Notes: generated from the letters alone by a model not told the origin. A DNA stretch of 64,000 bases from Spirochaetia bacterium (GCA_965198005.1 CBDAOI010000001.1:224001-288000), one strand, 5' to 3'. Counted from the first letter of the stretch, positions 10,004 through 19,982 are shown. Made by a program: numbers and translations.

Positions 10004-10234
10004 ATGGACAAGAGGCGGATATACCACTCCGATCCGGAGATAATGGGAGGAGTGTCCGTGTTTACCGGCACGCGGGTTCCCGTGGACAGTCTGATAGCGC
10101 ACCTGAAGGCAGGGGACTCTCTTGAGCAATTCCTCGAGGGGTTCCCGAGTGTGAGTCGTGAGCAGGCTGAGGGCTTCCTGGAATACGCCCTTTCGGAAGC
10201 GCTCGAGTCCACACCCCGAGAGCACGCGCACTGA
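10004..10234 (+). CDS. DUF433-family antitoxin
   Basis: DPEIMGG..VF.GTRVPV..L...L.AG....FL..FP motif. Confidence 0.9.
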   Translation: MDKRRIYHSDPEIMGGVSVFTGTRVPVDSLIAHLKAGDSLEQFLEGFPSVSREQAEGFLEYALSEALESTPREHAH

Positions 10235-10242
10235 TCCGCGTC

Positions 10243-10560
10243 TTGCTGGACGAACACCTGGACTGGCGTCTAGCACGCTTTTTCAACGATGCACACGAGG
10301 TGCGTTCCGTCCGTGGGATGGGCTGGTCGGGGATGCGTAACGGGGAATTGCTGGACGTGGCGGAGCACCTGTTCGACGTGCTCATAACGATGGATCAGAA
10401 CATGCAGCACCAGCAATACTTGCCCCGGTACGATCTGGCCGTGATTCTTCTTACATCAGTGAGCAATCGGCTGAAGGATACCGCGAGGATGGTTCCGTCG
10501 GTCGACAGAGTGATAGCTGCTGGGATCGAGCCGGGGAATCTCTACCTGGTAGTCGATTGA
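10243..10560 (+). CDS. DUF5615 PIN-like toxin (start uncertain)
   Basis: RVLLDEHL..GWSG..NGELL..FDVLITMDQN; directly follows DUF433. Confidence 0.85.
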   Translation: MLDEHLDWRLARFFNDAHEVRSVRGMGWSGMRNGELLDVAEHLFDVLITMDQNMQHQQYLPRYDLAVILLTSVSNRLKDTARMVPSVDRVIAAGIEPGNLYLVVD

Positions 10561-10561
10561 G

Positions 10562-10645
10562 CCGGTCCATCCGCAGTTTCCAAGCGGTATCTCGCCGTTG
10601 CAGCCGCCGATCCACGGTTGCGCAACGTTGAAAGCGGCCGCCCTC
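10562..10645 (-). pseudogene. SBP C-terminal micro-fragment
   Basis: FNVAQPWIGGCNGEIPLG aligns with FGATQPWLKGYNGEGELG. Confidence 0.7.
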
Positions 10646-10702
10646 ACCCCAGCAGGCCGTGGTGGAATCCGGCGTCGCACCGAGAGCGACGAGGCGCCCG
10701 GC

Positions 10703-11690
10703 TCAGTGGGAACGTTCCAGCTTCTGCAGGGCCTTCGTGGCGCGCTCGGCGGCGCGCGCGCCTACCCCGCCGCCGCCGGCCGCCGCGCCGCCGCCGCCGC
10801 GCAGCCGCGGGTCCAGCAGGTCGCGCAGCGCGTCGCCCACCATGTTCAGGCAGTACACCACCAGCGTCAGCGCCACCCCCGGCCACATCGCCAGCCGCGG
10901 CGCCATCTCCATGTACTGCCGCCCCTCACGGCTCAGCATCGTGCCCCAACTCGGCACGTCCGGCGGCAGCCCGAAGCCGAGGAAGCTCAGCGACGCCTCG
11001 GCGATGATCGCCCAGCCGATCGTGATCGAGTAGATGATGATGATCGGCGCCGTGATGTTCGGCCACACGTGGCGCAGCAGCGTCCGCCACGACGGGCTGC
11101 CGATCGCATGCGCCGCCTCGAAGTACGGGTTGCCCTTGATCCCGATCACCGCCCCGCGCACCACCCGCGAGTTGGCCACCCCGGAGGCCAGCCCCAGCAT
11201 GCCGATGATCTGCGGGATGCCCTGGCCGATTATGGTCATGATCGTCAGCAGCAGCAGCAGGCCCGGGAACGACATCCAGGCGTCGACGAAGCGCTGCACC
11301 GCCAGGTCGAGCTTGCCGCCCACGAACCCCGCCACCCCGCCGATCAGCAGCGACACCACCACGCTCAGGGTGGTGGCGGCGAACCCCACCGCGAGCGACA
11401 CCCGCGCGCCGTACAGCAGGCGGCTGAAGAGGTCGCGGCCGATGTGGTCGGTGCCCAGCGGGTAGGTGCTCGACGGCCCCTTCAGTCGGTCGATCATGGT
11501 CATGTCCATGTAGTGGAACGGCGCCAGCAGGTCGGCGAAGACGGCGACCAGGCACAGCAGCAGCACGATCGCGCCGCTGACCGCGCCCACCGGCCGCTCC
11601 CTGATCAGCCGGCGCAGCAGGTCGCGCAGGAACGGCTGGCCCTTCGCCCCCTTCGGCCGGTAGCGCCTGCGGCGCGGTCAGGTCACCCAT
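10703..11690 (-). CDS. DppC/OppC-like permease; +1 frameshift near the 5' end, long ORF from 11590
   Basis: LGTDHIGRDLFSRLLYGARVSL, EASLSFLGFG, GDALRDLLDPR. Confidence 0.88.
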
Positions 11691-11780
11691 AACGGCTCCC
11701 GGTCCGAACGTGCCGGCCGCCGTGCCCGGCCGCGTGCGTCGTTGTCATCGTCTTCCATGTCACGCAGCGACCGTGTCCCC

Positions 11781-12746
11781 TCACCCGTACTGGACGCGCG
11801 GGTCCAGGTAGGCGTACAGCACGTCGACCAGCAGGTTGATGACCATGACCGCGACGGCGAAAAACAGATTGATGCCTGAGATGATCGGGTAGTCGCGATC
11901 GAACAGGGCGTCGATCATCAGCCGTCCCAGCCCGGGGATGGCGAACATCTGCTCCATGATCACCGCGCCGCCGACGATGATCGGTATCTGCAGACCCACC
12001 AGCGTCACCACCGGAATGAGGGCGTTCTTGACGACGTGGCGGAGGATGACCAGGCGCTCGCGCAGGCCCTTGGCCCAGGCGGTGCGAATGTAGTCCTGGC
12101 GGAGCACCTCCAGCATCATGGTGCGGGTCATGCGCATAGTGCTGGCGGCCAGGTAGGTGCCGAGGATCAGACCCGGCACGATGAAGATGGCGAAGTGGCG
12201 TACCGGGTCGTCGCTCAGGCGCACCAGTCGCAGCGGCGGTGACCACGCCCACCAGATCGCCGGAAACACCAGGATGATGGTGGCCAGCCAGAAGTTGGGG
12301 GTGGCGAGCCCGAAGATCGCGAAGGAGCGAGCGACGTAGTCGCCGGCGGTGTCCTGCCGCACCGCCGAGTAGATGCCGATCGGCACCCCGATCAGCAGCC
12401 CCACGGTCACCGCCACCAAGCCCAATTCGATGGTGGTCGGCAGGCGGCCGGCGATCAGCTCGCCAACCGGTTCGGGCCGCAGCAGCGGGGTGCCCAGATC
12501 GCCGCGCAGCACGATCGCCCCCATCCAGCGTGCGTACTGCACAGGCACCGGCACGTCCAGCCCCAACCGGCGCTCCAGCACCGCCCGGTCGATGCCGGTG
12601 CCGCCGCCGGCGGACTCCGCCATCCGGAACAGAAGGATGTCGACGGCGTCCCCCGGTATGAAGCGCACCGACAGGAACACCAGAATCGTCAGCAGGAAGA
12701 AGGTCGGGATCAGCAGCAGGACGCGGCGGATGACGTACGCTCTCAT
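11781..12746 (-). CDS. DppB/OppB-like permease, copy 3
   Basis: 321 aa paralog. Confidence 0.95.
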   Translation of the reverse strand: MRAYVIRRVLLLIPTFFLLTILVFLSVRFIPGDAVDILLFRMAESAGGGTGIDRAVLERRLGLDVPVPVQYARWMGAIVLRGDLGTPLLRPEPVGELIAGRLPTTIELGLVAVTVGLLIGVPIGIYSAVRQDTAGDYVARSFAIFGLATPNFWLATIILVFPAIWWAWSPPLRLVRLSDDPVRHFAIFIVPGLILGTYLAASTMRMTRTMMLEVLRQDYIRTAWAKGLRERLVILRHVVKNALIPVVTLVGLQIPIIVGGAVIMEQMFAIPGLGRLMIDALFDRDYPIISGINLFFAVAVMVINLLVDVLYAYLDPRVQYG

Positions 12747-12834
12747 GTCGGTGGCGACGATGTCGTGTCTCGGCAGTTAGAGGGAGGCCCCCGCCCTGGA
12801 GCGGGGTCCTCCACAAATCGCGACGCGGATTCGC

Positions 12835-14619
12835 TTAGAAGCCCATCTCCCGCTTCATATCCTGGTCCACCCACAGGTACATGAGGACGGTGGACCGCTG
12901 CATCGCGCCGAGTTCGCCTTCCCCGTTGTAGCCTTTGAGCCACGGCTGGGTGGCGCCGAACAGGGGAGCGATCGGCCCCCTGATCATCCACAGCTGCTCG
13001 GCGACGCGCAGGCCGGCCTTCCGCACCCACTCCTTCTGCTCCTCTATCGTGGTGGCGGCCAGCGCGTTCTCGTAGTACTCGTCGAACACGGGGTCGTTGT
13101 TGTTCTGGGGGTGCCAAGTGTTTTGCGACCAGTACGACGAGAGCGGGGCCGTGGCACTTTGATACTCGGCGGCCCATACGTCGGTGCGCAGACCGAGGTA
13201 TGTCTGCTCCAGGGACATCTCGATGTGTTCCGCGCGGGTAACGCCCTGGATCTCGACGTCGATGCCGATCTTCCTGAGGTAATCCATGGCGATCTGGTAG
13301 TAGCCGAGGTCGAAGAACTCGTAATGCTGATAGACGGTACTGAAGCGAACGCCGTCGTCGCCGCGCGGATAACCGGCCTCGTCGAGCAACCTCTCCGCCT
13401 CCTCGGGGTCGTACCGATAGTACTGCTTGACCTCGTCGGGCCATTCCTCGAACGGAACCGTATACCCGAGGACCGCTTTGCCAACAGGGCCGACCGGGCT
13501 TGCATCGCCCCAACCCTGCTGGTAGTTCTCGGCGATGGCCTCTTGGTCGATGGCCAGGCTCAAGGCTTGGCGCACGCGGATGTCGCTCCAGGGCTCCTTC
13601 TGGACGTTGAAACCGATCGCCGTTTCCGAACGGTAGGCATACGGGTGCAGCACCAGGTCGGGATTGGTCTTCTGCAGATTGACCGCCGAGTCGACACTGG
13701 TCAGATGGGAGTTGAGCCCGAACCCGATGAAGTCCGCCTGTCCGGAGCGCATCAGTGAGGTGATGGCGGTCGGGTCGTTGACGATGAGGTACTCGACCGT
13801 GTCCGCGTAAGGCAGGCGATAGTCGGGATACTTGGGGTCGAAGCCCCAGTAGTCATCGATCCTGGTGTAGGTCCAGGAGCTGCCCTCCACCACGTCGGTC
13901 AGCTGGTAGGGCCCCGTTCCGGTCACGTTGCGCCAGTCTTGCATGTCCCCGAATTGGTCGACCACCTCGCGGGCGACCACGAACGTATGTAACCCGTAGA
14001 GCATGGTCCTCAGGGCAAGGAGACTGGGCTCGCTCAACTTGAATACCACGGTAAAATCGTCGGTGGCGGTTACCGACTCGAGCGGGATCGTGCCGACTTC
14101 AGACCCCCCGACATCCGGGCTCGGCTCGCCGCCGTCCACACCCCAGACGAGCCGCTGCCAGCTGTACTCGACGTCGTGCGCGGTGAGCTGCCGGCCGTTC
14201 ACCGGCGCCTTGTCGTGCCAGAACACGCCGTCGCGGATCTTGAACACGTAGGTGAGCGGATCCGGGTTCTCCCAGCTCTCGGCCAGTTGTCCGGTGATGG
14301 CCTCATCGGCCAGGAATAGCGTGGTATAGCCGACCACGCTCCGGTCGATCGCCCAGTCGGCGATGCCGAGCTTCTCGTTGACCAGCCCGATCCAGGCTCC
14401 CGCGGTGTAGCGGTAGTAGGGGTCGATTCCCTCGTTCTTGAAGTTCACGACCGCTCTGATCGTGCCGCCATACTCGGGCGCGGTGACCATCTCGCCGGTG
14501 GTCGGGTCGAGCACCATCTCCTTCTCGGCCGCGGCTGCGGTGTCGCTTTCGCCGCTGGCGAACGTAATGGTAGCCACCAGCGCGAGCGCCAGCGGCAGCA
14601 ACATGAGTCTTGGAGTCAT
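12835..14619 (-). CDS. ABC solute-binding protein family 5, SBP3
   Basis: 594 aa paralog. Confidence 0.95.
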   Translation of the reverse strand: MTPRLMLLPLALALVATITFASGESDTAAAAEKEMVLDPTTGEMVTAPEYGGTIRAVVNFKNEGIDPYYRYTAGAWIGLVNEKLGIADWAIDRSVVGYTTLFLADEAITGQLAESWENPDPLTYVFKIRDGVFWHDKAPVNGRQLTAHDVEYSWQRLVWGVDGGEPSPDVGGSEVGTIPLESVTATDDFTVVFKLSEPSLLALRTMLYGLHTFVVAREVVDQFGDMQDWRNVTGTGPYQLTDVVEGSSWTYTRIDDYWGFDPKYPDYRLPYADTVEYLIVNDPTAITSLMRSGQADFIGFGLNSHLTSVDSAVNLQKTNPDLVLHPYAYRSETAIGFNVQKEPWSDIRVRQALSLAIDQEAIAENYQQGWGDASPVGPVGKAVLGYTVPFEEWPDEVKQYYRYDPEEAERLLDEAGYPRGDDGVRFSTVYQHYEFFDLGYYQIAMDYLRKIGIDVEIQGVTRAEHIEMSLEQTYLGLRTDVWAAEYQSATAPLSSYWSQNTWHPQNNNDPVFDEYYENALAATTIEEQKEWVRKAGLRVAEQLWMIRGPIAPLFGATQPWLKGYNGEGELGAMQRSTVLMYLWVDQDMKREMGF

Positions 14620-15068
14620 AATGTACTCCTCCTCGTTTTCGGGATCGGGACTGCGTCCCGGTACCCGTGTTTTTCTTGGGCCGGATACTCCGGCTGGTTC
14701 ACAAGGTGCTGGTGGCCGCCCCTGGTCGCCCCACGGCTGGGAGCGGACGGCCGGCTGTCGCGTCGTCGCTGAGGGTGACCGGCGGTGCTGGTCCGAAGCT
14801 GCCGGCCGCCGTGCCCACCGGCCTCGTGCGCAGGGGATGCGGCGCGGTCAGCCCGAGCGCTTAGTGCTTGACGTACAAATAGTTGCCGTGGGGGGGGGGT
14901 AGCAGGGCGCACCGGCTGCGTCACCGCTCGGAGCTGGTCGGCGTCACCGGCGAGGTTCGAGCCTATCGGTGGGTTGGGCCACCCGCTTCGCGACCCTGCG
15001 GGGCGGCGCCTCGGGCGTCGGTCTTGGCCCAACCGGTGGCAGCGCTGAGTAGTGTCGTCACGCACCAT
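14616..15068 (-). CDS. Putative leader ORF through the C10 tract (14890-14899), ending in an ATGA overlap with SBP3
   Basis: MVRDDTTQRCHRL..AVTQPVRPATPPP..KTRRSTL; open for 150 codons. Confidence 0.4.
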   Translation of the reverse strand: MVRDDTTQRCHRLGQDRRPRRRPAGSRSGWPNPPIGSNLAGDADQLRAVTQPVRPATPPPRQLFVRQALSARADRAASPAHEAGGHGGRQLRTSTAGHPQRRRDSRPSAPSRGATRGGHQHLVNQPEYPAQEKHGYRDAVPIPKTRRSTL

Positions 15069-15072
15069 CCGC

Positions 15073-15101
15073 AGGGTAACACCCGCGTGGCATGCAGTCA
15101 A
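15073..15101 (-). promoter_or_regulatory. Sigma70-type promoter facing SBP3
   Basis: TTGACT-17 nt-TACCCT with TG extension. Confidence 0.55.
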
Positions 15102-15184
15102 ATGGCTGGAATTCCCCATCCGTCCGAGTCTCAAGTCGCTACTACACCACGGCGCTCGACACCGGTCAAGGACGCCATACGGCG

Positions 15185-15883
15185 TTAACCCGCCGCCACG
15201 GTTCGACGCCCAAACGTGCGCGGCCGAAAATCCTGCCGGTTGGTGATGCTGGCGCTGCTACCGGTGGCCCGGATTACGTACAGCCCCTGCCCCTCCGCAT
15301 AGCTAGCCGACGATTCGTCCGCTTTCAGATACGCTACCGCTCCGTAGATCCGCCGGCTGCCATATTCCGGCGCCAGCTCCGGGAAGTCCCGTAACAGTTC
15401 CAGCAGGTGGTCGACGTGCCTCACCTTCAGCGTGGTCTTTACTTCCACCACCACCACCTCGGCACCGTTGACGGCGAGAATGTCGATCTCCCACTGGCGC
15501 GCGCCCCCGCGCTGCTTCAGGTTGGTAACCGTGCGCTCGACCTCGATGCCGCGCCGTTTGAGCAGTTCGATAAGATCGCCCTCCACCAAGGCTTCCATCA
15601 GTTTGCCCCACTGACCGGTGAACAGGTCATCGAGCTTGCGTATGCGGCGGTCGGCGCGCTTGTCGCTTCAGCAGTTGATCAGTCTCCTGCGCTTGTCGCT
15701 TCAGCAGTTGATCAGTGTCCTGCATGCGGCGGTCAGTCTCCTGCATGCGGCGGTCTCCTGCATGCGGCGGTCGGTCTCCTGCATGCGGCGGTCAGTCTCT
15801 GTCTGGCTCTCGGACAGCTCGCGCAGGATATTCCATACTTCCTGTGGGGTTGCCGATTCTCGGTTCCCATCGTGATCAGCCAT
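15185..15883 (-). pseudogene. Coiled-coil repeat + PD-(D/E)XK nuclease-like protein, frameshifted in its repeat tract
   Basis: DRRMQET repeats, then GQWGKLMEALVEGDL..EIDILAVNG..VVVEVKTTL. Confidence 0.8.
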
Positions 15884-15978
15884 GGCTACGCTTCCGCGAT
15901 CAACATAGCAGTTCCGGTGCAGACCGGCAATTGCCCGCAGGGAGCACCCGGGTGCCGCCGCACTGCCGGGCTCGACCC

Positions 15979-16512
15979 CTACGCGGCGTCGCCGGCGCCG
16001 AGACGGCCGGCGCCGCCGCGCAGCCGCGGGTCCAGCAGGTCGCGCATGGCATCACCCAACATGTTGAAACTGTACACCACGATCGTCAGGCACAGCCCGG
16101 GCCACAGCGCCAGCCACGGCGCCTGCTCCATGAACCGCCGCCCCTCCCGGCTCAGCATGCCGCCCCAGCTCGGAACCTTGATGGGCAGCCCGAACCCCAG
16201 AAAGCTCAACGACGCCTCGGCCAGGATCACGCCGCCGACGTTGATGCTGAAGACGATGATCAGGGGCGCCACGATATTCGGCAGGACGTGGCGTACCAGG
16301 ATCTGCGTAGTGGGCGCGCCCACGGCCTTGGCTGCCAGGAACTAGTCGTTCTCCTTCGTGGCCACCACCGCGCCTCTGACCACGCGCGAGCCGCCCACAC
16401 CGCCGGCAATCCCCAGCACCACGATGATCTGTGGCAGACCCCGCCCCGCGATCGACATGATCGTAAGCAACAGCAGCAATCCCGGGAACGCCATCCAGGC
16501 ATCGACGAAGCG
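15979..16512 (-). pseudogene. DppC-like permease 3' half with internal stop
   Basis: FVDAWMAFPG..KEND*FLAA..DLLDPRLRGG. Confidence 0.85.
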
Positions 16513-16749
16513 CTGTCAAGCGCGGCAGCGCTTGCCCACCCGGCTGGCGGGACGGAGTGGAAGCTCAGGTTTCCGCCGAGTGTGCCGGGGTGGCACCGGT
16601 TCACGCCCGAGCGCCGCCGGCGTGCTCACGTTCACGGGCGGCGGTAAGCGTCGGTCACGCTGGACCGCGGGGTCCGGTAGGGGCCGCTCAGGGCGCCTTC
16701 GATCCGCGCCTCGCGCTCCGCCAGGGGGGCGTGCACGTCAGCGCTGACG

Positions 16750-16940
16750 GAGCGGTCGGCGTTGGCCACGCCCAGCACCACGAACACGTCGGGCGCCACC
16801 ATCGCCCGTGGATTCCCCTCCTCGTAGTACAGCAACGGATTGCCCGACACGTACACGTCCCGGCGGTTGCGAAAGTGGTGCCGCAGCCGGTCGACGGCGT
16901 AGGTCAGCGGGTGCGCTGGAAGTCGCTTTCCGCCATCGGC
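16750..16940 (-). pseudogene. Uma2 fragment (paralog of 7718-8458)
   Basis: DVYVSGNPLLYYEEGNPRAMVAPDVFVV. Confidence 0.85.
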
Positions 16941-16943
16941 CGA

Positions 16944-17025
16944 GCCTGAACACTACGGTCGAATCGTCGGTGGCGGTGATCGAATCCCACTCGATCTTCC
17001 CAATATCTCCCCGCTTTCCGCCATC
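16944..17025 (-). pseudogene. SBP internal micro-fragment
   Basis: GDIGKIEWDSITATDDSTVVFRL. Confidence 0.75.
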
Positions 17026-17602
17026 ATGATGCGGGTCCGTCTCCGTGCGAGACGCGCAGCGCGCTCAACCGCGCTGGAATGTCCGGCGCTTCCTTCACCT
17101 CGCAGAGCGGTTGCAGCTCGGCTTCAATCATCGCCCAGTCGAGCCGGGCGCCGGTGCGCAGCACGATGCCCTCAATATCCGCCCAGTCGCGCGAGCGATC
17201 CGCGAATGCTTTGAGCACTACCAGATCCTCCGCCGAGCACGTGTTCAGACGGACCTCGGGCAGGAATTCGTAGAGGGTCGCTCGTTCGATTACCCGCTGC
17301 TCGAACGGCAGCGCACCAAGTGAAATGTCGATCGGGATGCCGCGCGCGGATCGGAGCAGGAGCACCCGGGTACGGTGGGCGAATTCGGCAGCGCCCGCAA
17401 TGCGTCCGGGATACGCGCGGCAGAGCTGCTCGACATATGCGGTTTCTCGGCCGAAGCCGGTAAGAATGGTGAGATCCACGTCCCCGGTGAGGCGCGGCTC
17501 TCCCCACCGCTGGAGCGCCAAGCCACCGATGAAACAGAATTCCCAGCCGCGCTCCCCGCAGAACGACTGGATCTCATTCGCCAGGAGAAAGAGGTCGCGC
17601 AT
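17024..17602 (-). CDS. Nucleotidyltransferase (AbiEii/DUF6036-like), putative toxin
   Basis: IGGLA..WGEPR.T.DVD and C-terminal EDLVVLK..ADR.RDWAD. Confidence 0.88.
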   Translation of the reverse strand: MRDLFLLANEIQSFCGERGWEFCFIGGLALQRWGEPRLTGDVDLTILTGFGRETAYVEQLCRAYPGRIAGAAEFAHRTRVLLLRSARGIPIDISLGALPFEQRVIERATLYEFLPEVRLNTCSAEDLVVLKAFADRSRDWADIEGIVLRTGARLDWAMIEAELQPLCEVKEAPDIPARLSALRVSHGDGPAS

Positions 17603-17819
17603 CCCGCAGTCTGGCAAACATCGCCTGCTGCTGCACCAGCCCGGACGTGGTTCGTACCGGACCGGCGAGCGTTGCTTCGAACGCACCGTCAAGAGACTCG
17701 ATGTGGTCGGCCACCTCGACATTGCGGAGTTCCGCGCGGCGCAACGCCGCCAGCCGGGCACCGGCAATACGCCACCGTTCGACGAACCCGCGCAACTCGC
17801 CGTTGAGATCGCCCGCCAT
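17574..17819 (-). CDS. Small partner/antitoxin of the nucleotidyltransferase
   Basis: 81 aa, overlaps the toxin start; ends SGLVQQQAMFARLR. Confidence 0.7.
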   Translation of the reverse strand: MAGDLNGELRGFVERWRIAGARLAALRRAELRNVEVADHIESLDGAFEATLAGPVRTTSGLVQQQAMFARLRDARPLSPGE

Positions 17820-17933
17820 GAGATGCAGTCTACGGATTCCGATCACGTCCGACAACAAAGCCTGCCACCCGCCCCACCCGCAGCCACCCTTGGCACATAG
17901 CGCCCTGCGGAGCGGCGGTCATGGGTACGGATC

Positions 17934-18028
17934 TCAGACCTCGACGTTGGTCTTCAACCTGATGCCATCGGCGCCGCGCGGGTAGCCGGCGTCGTCGAGG
18001 AGTCGCTCCGCCTCTGCCGGGTCGTGCC
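17934..18028 (-). pseudogene. SBP internal micro-fragment
   Basis: DPAEAERLLDDAGYPRGADGIRLKT. Confidence 0.8.
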
Positions 18029-18097
18029 GGTGGAGGTCGCGGCGGAGGGCCTAACGCGCAACCTGCCCGGCTTCGCGCCGGTTGAAATAGACCCGGT

Positions 18098-18168
18098 AGG
18101 GCTACGACCTTCGGCGTCGATGTACTCCCTGATCTCGATCATCGCCGGCCGGTAACGAACAAGTTACC
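18098..18168 (-). pseudogene. N-terminal stub of a RelE/HigB-like toxin with upstream palindromic operator
   Basis: MIEIREYIDAEGRSP; inverted repeat GGTAAC-6 nt-GTTACC at 18151-18168. Confidence 0.65.
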
Positions 18169-18237
18169 ATCGGCCAACCAGCAGCGACAAGTGTGTTGGC
18201 ACCGGCGCGCCGCCGCACGGCCGGGGACAACCGAGGC

Positions 18238-19215
18238 TCAGCGGGATCGTGCCAGCTTCTGCAGGGCCTTCGTGGCGCGCTCGGCGGCGCGCGCGCCCAC
18301 TCCGCCGGCCACCGCGCCGCCGCCGCGCAGCCGCGGGTCCAGCAGGTCGCGCAGCGCGTCGCCCACCATGTTCAGGCTGTACACCACCAGCGTCAGCGCC
18401 ACCCCCGGCCACATCGCCAGCCGCGGCGCCATCTCCATGTACTGCCGCCCCTCACGGCTCAGCATCGTGCCCCAGCTCGGCACGTCCGGCGGCAGCCCGA
18501 ACCCCAGAAAACTCAAAGACGCCTCCGCGATGATCGCCCAGCCAATCGTGATCGAATAGATGATGATGATCGGCGCCGTGATGTTCGGCCACACGTGACG
18601 CAGCAGCGTCCGCCACGACGGGCTGCCGATCGCATGCGCCGCCTCGAAGTACGGGTTGCCCTTGATGCCGATCACCGCCCCGCGCACCACCCGCGAGTTG
18701 GCCACCCCGGAGGCCAGCCCCAGCATGCCGATGATCTGCGGGATGCCCTGGCCGATGATGGTCATGACCGTCAGCAGCAGCAGCAGGCCCGGGAACGACA
18801 TCCAGGCGTCGACGAAGCGCTGCACCGCCAGGTCGAGCTTGCCGCCCACGAACCCCGCCACCCCGCCGATCAGCAGCGACACCACCACGCTCAGGGTGGT
18901 GGCGGCGAACCCCACCCCGAGCGACACCCGCGCGCCGTACAGCAGGCGGCTGAAGAGGTCGCGGCCGATGTGGTCGGTGCCCAGCGGGTAGGTGCTCGAC
19001 GGCCCCTGCAGCCGGTCGATCATGGTCATGTCCATGTAGTGGAACGGCGCCAGCAGGTCGGCGAAGACGGCGACCAGGCACAGCAGCAGCACGATCGCGC
19101 CGCTGACCGCGCCCACCGGCCGCTCCCTGATCAGCCGGCGCAGCAGGTCGCGCAGGAACGGCTGGCCCTTCGCCCCCTTCGCCGGTGGCGCCTGCGGCGC
19201 GGTCACATCACCCAT
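18238..19215 (-). CDS. DppC/OppC-like permease, intact
   Basis: 325 aa, full motifs. Confidence 0.95.
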   Translation of the reverse strand: MGDVTAPQAPPAKGAKGQPFLRDLLRRLIRERPVGAVSGAIVLLLCLVAVFADLLAPFHYMDMTMIDRLQGPSSTYPLGTDHIGRDLFSRLLYGARVSLGVGFAATTLSVVVSLLIGGVAGFVGGKLDLAVQRFVDAWMSFPGLLLLLTVMTIIGQGIPQIIGMLGLASGVANSRVVRGAVIGIKGNPYFEAAHAIGSPSWRTLLRHVWPNITAPIIIIYSITIGWAIIAEASLSFLGFGLPPDVPSWGTMLSREGRQYMEMAPRLAMWPGVALTLVVYSLNMVGDALRDLLDPRLRGGGAVAGGVGARAAERATKALQKLARSR

Positions 19216-19386
19216 AACGGCTCCCGGTCCGAAAGTGCCGGCCGCCGTGCCCGGCCGCGTGCGTCGTTGTCATCGTCGTCCGTGTCACGGCGTGACCGTG
19301 CCCGACCCGAAAATGCGGGCCGGAGGACGATCCCCGTGCGTCGGTTTCATCGTCTTCCGTATCACGGAGTGACAGTGCCTTGCTCC

Positions 19387-19932
19387 TCACCCGTATTGTA
19401 CGCGAGGGTCCAGGTAGGCGTACAGCACGTCGACCAGCAGGTTGATGACCATCACCGCGGCGGCGAAGAACAGGTTGATCCCCGAGATCAACGGGTAGTC
19501 GCGATCGAACAGGGCGTCGATCATCAGCCGCCGAGATAGTCGCCGACGGTGTCTTGCCGCACCGCCGAGTAGATGCCGATCGGCACCCCGATCAGCACCC
19601 CGACGATCAGCGCCACCACGCCCAGCTCGATGGTGGTCGGCAGCCGGCCGCCGATCAGCTCGCCGACCGGTTCCGGCCGCAGCAACGGTGTGCCCAGATC
19701 GCCGCGCAGCAGGATCGCCCCCATCCAGCGCGCGTACTGCACCGGCACCGGCACGTCCAGCCCCAGCCGTCGCTCGAGCGCCGCCCGGTCGATGCCGGTG
19801 CCGCCGCCGGCCGCCTCCGCCATCCGGAACATGAGGAGGTCGACGGCGTCCCCCGGTATGAACCGCACCGACAGGAACACCAGAATCGTCAGCAGAAAGA
19901 AGGTCGGGATCAGCAGCAGGACGCGCCGGATG
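19387..19932 (-). pseudogene. DppB-like permease, start deleted and internally deleted
   Basis: VGDYLG joined to RLMIDAL; ATG region missing relative to 12746. Confidence 0.9.
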
Positions 19933-19982
19933 GCGGACCCCGCCCTCGAGCGGGGTCCTCGCCACGTAGCGACGTGGATTTG

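Noticed and set aside
9107-10276. 389-aa permease with a novel N-terminus
   Set aside because: The N-terminus is the antisense strand of the DUF433 gene read into a truncated dppC
1646-14619. Diversity-generating retroelement behind SBP variation
   Set aside because: No reverse transcriptase and no template/variable pair differing only at adenines in the window
19225-19380. Mini-CRISPR from the 78-nt periodic repeat
   Set aside because: Intervening sequences are homologous to each other and there are at most two units
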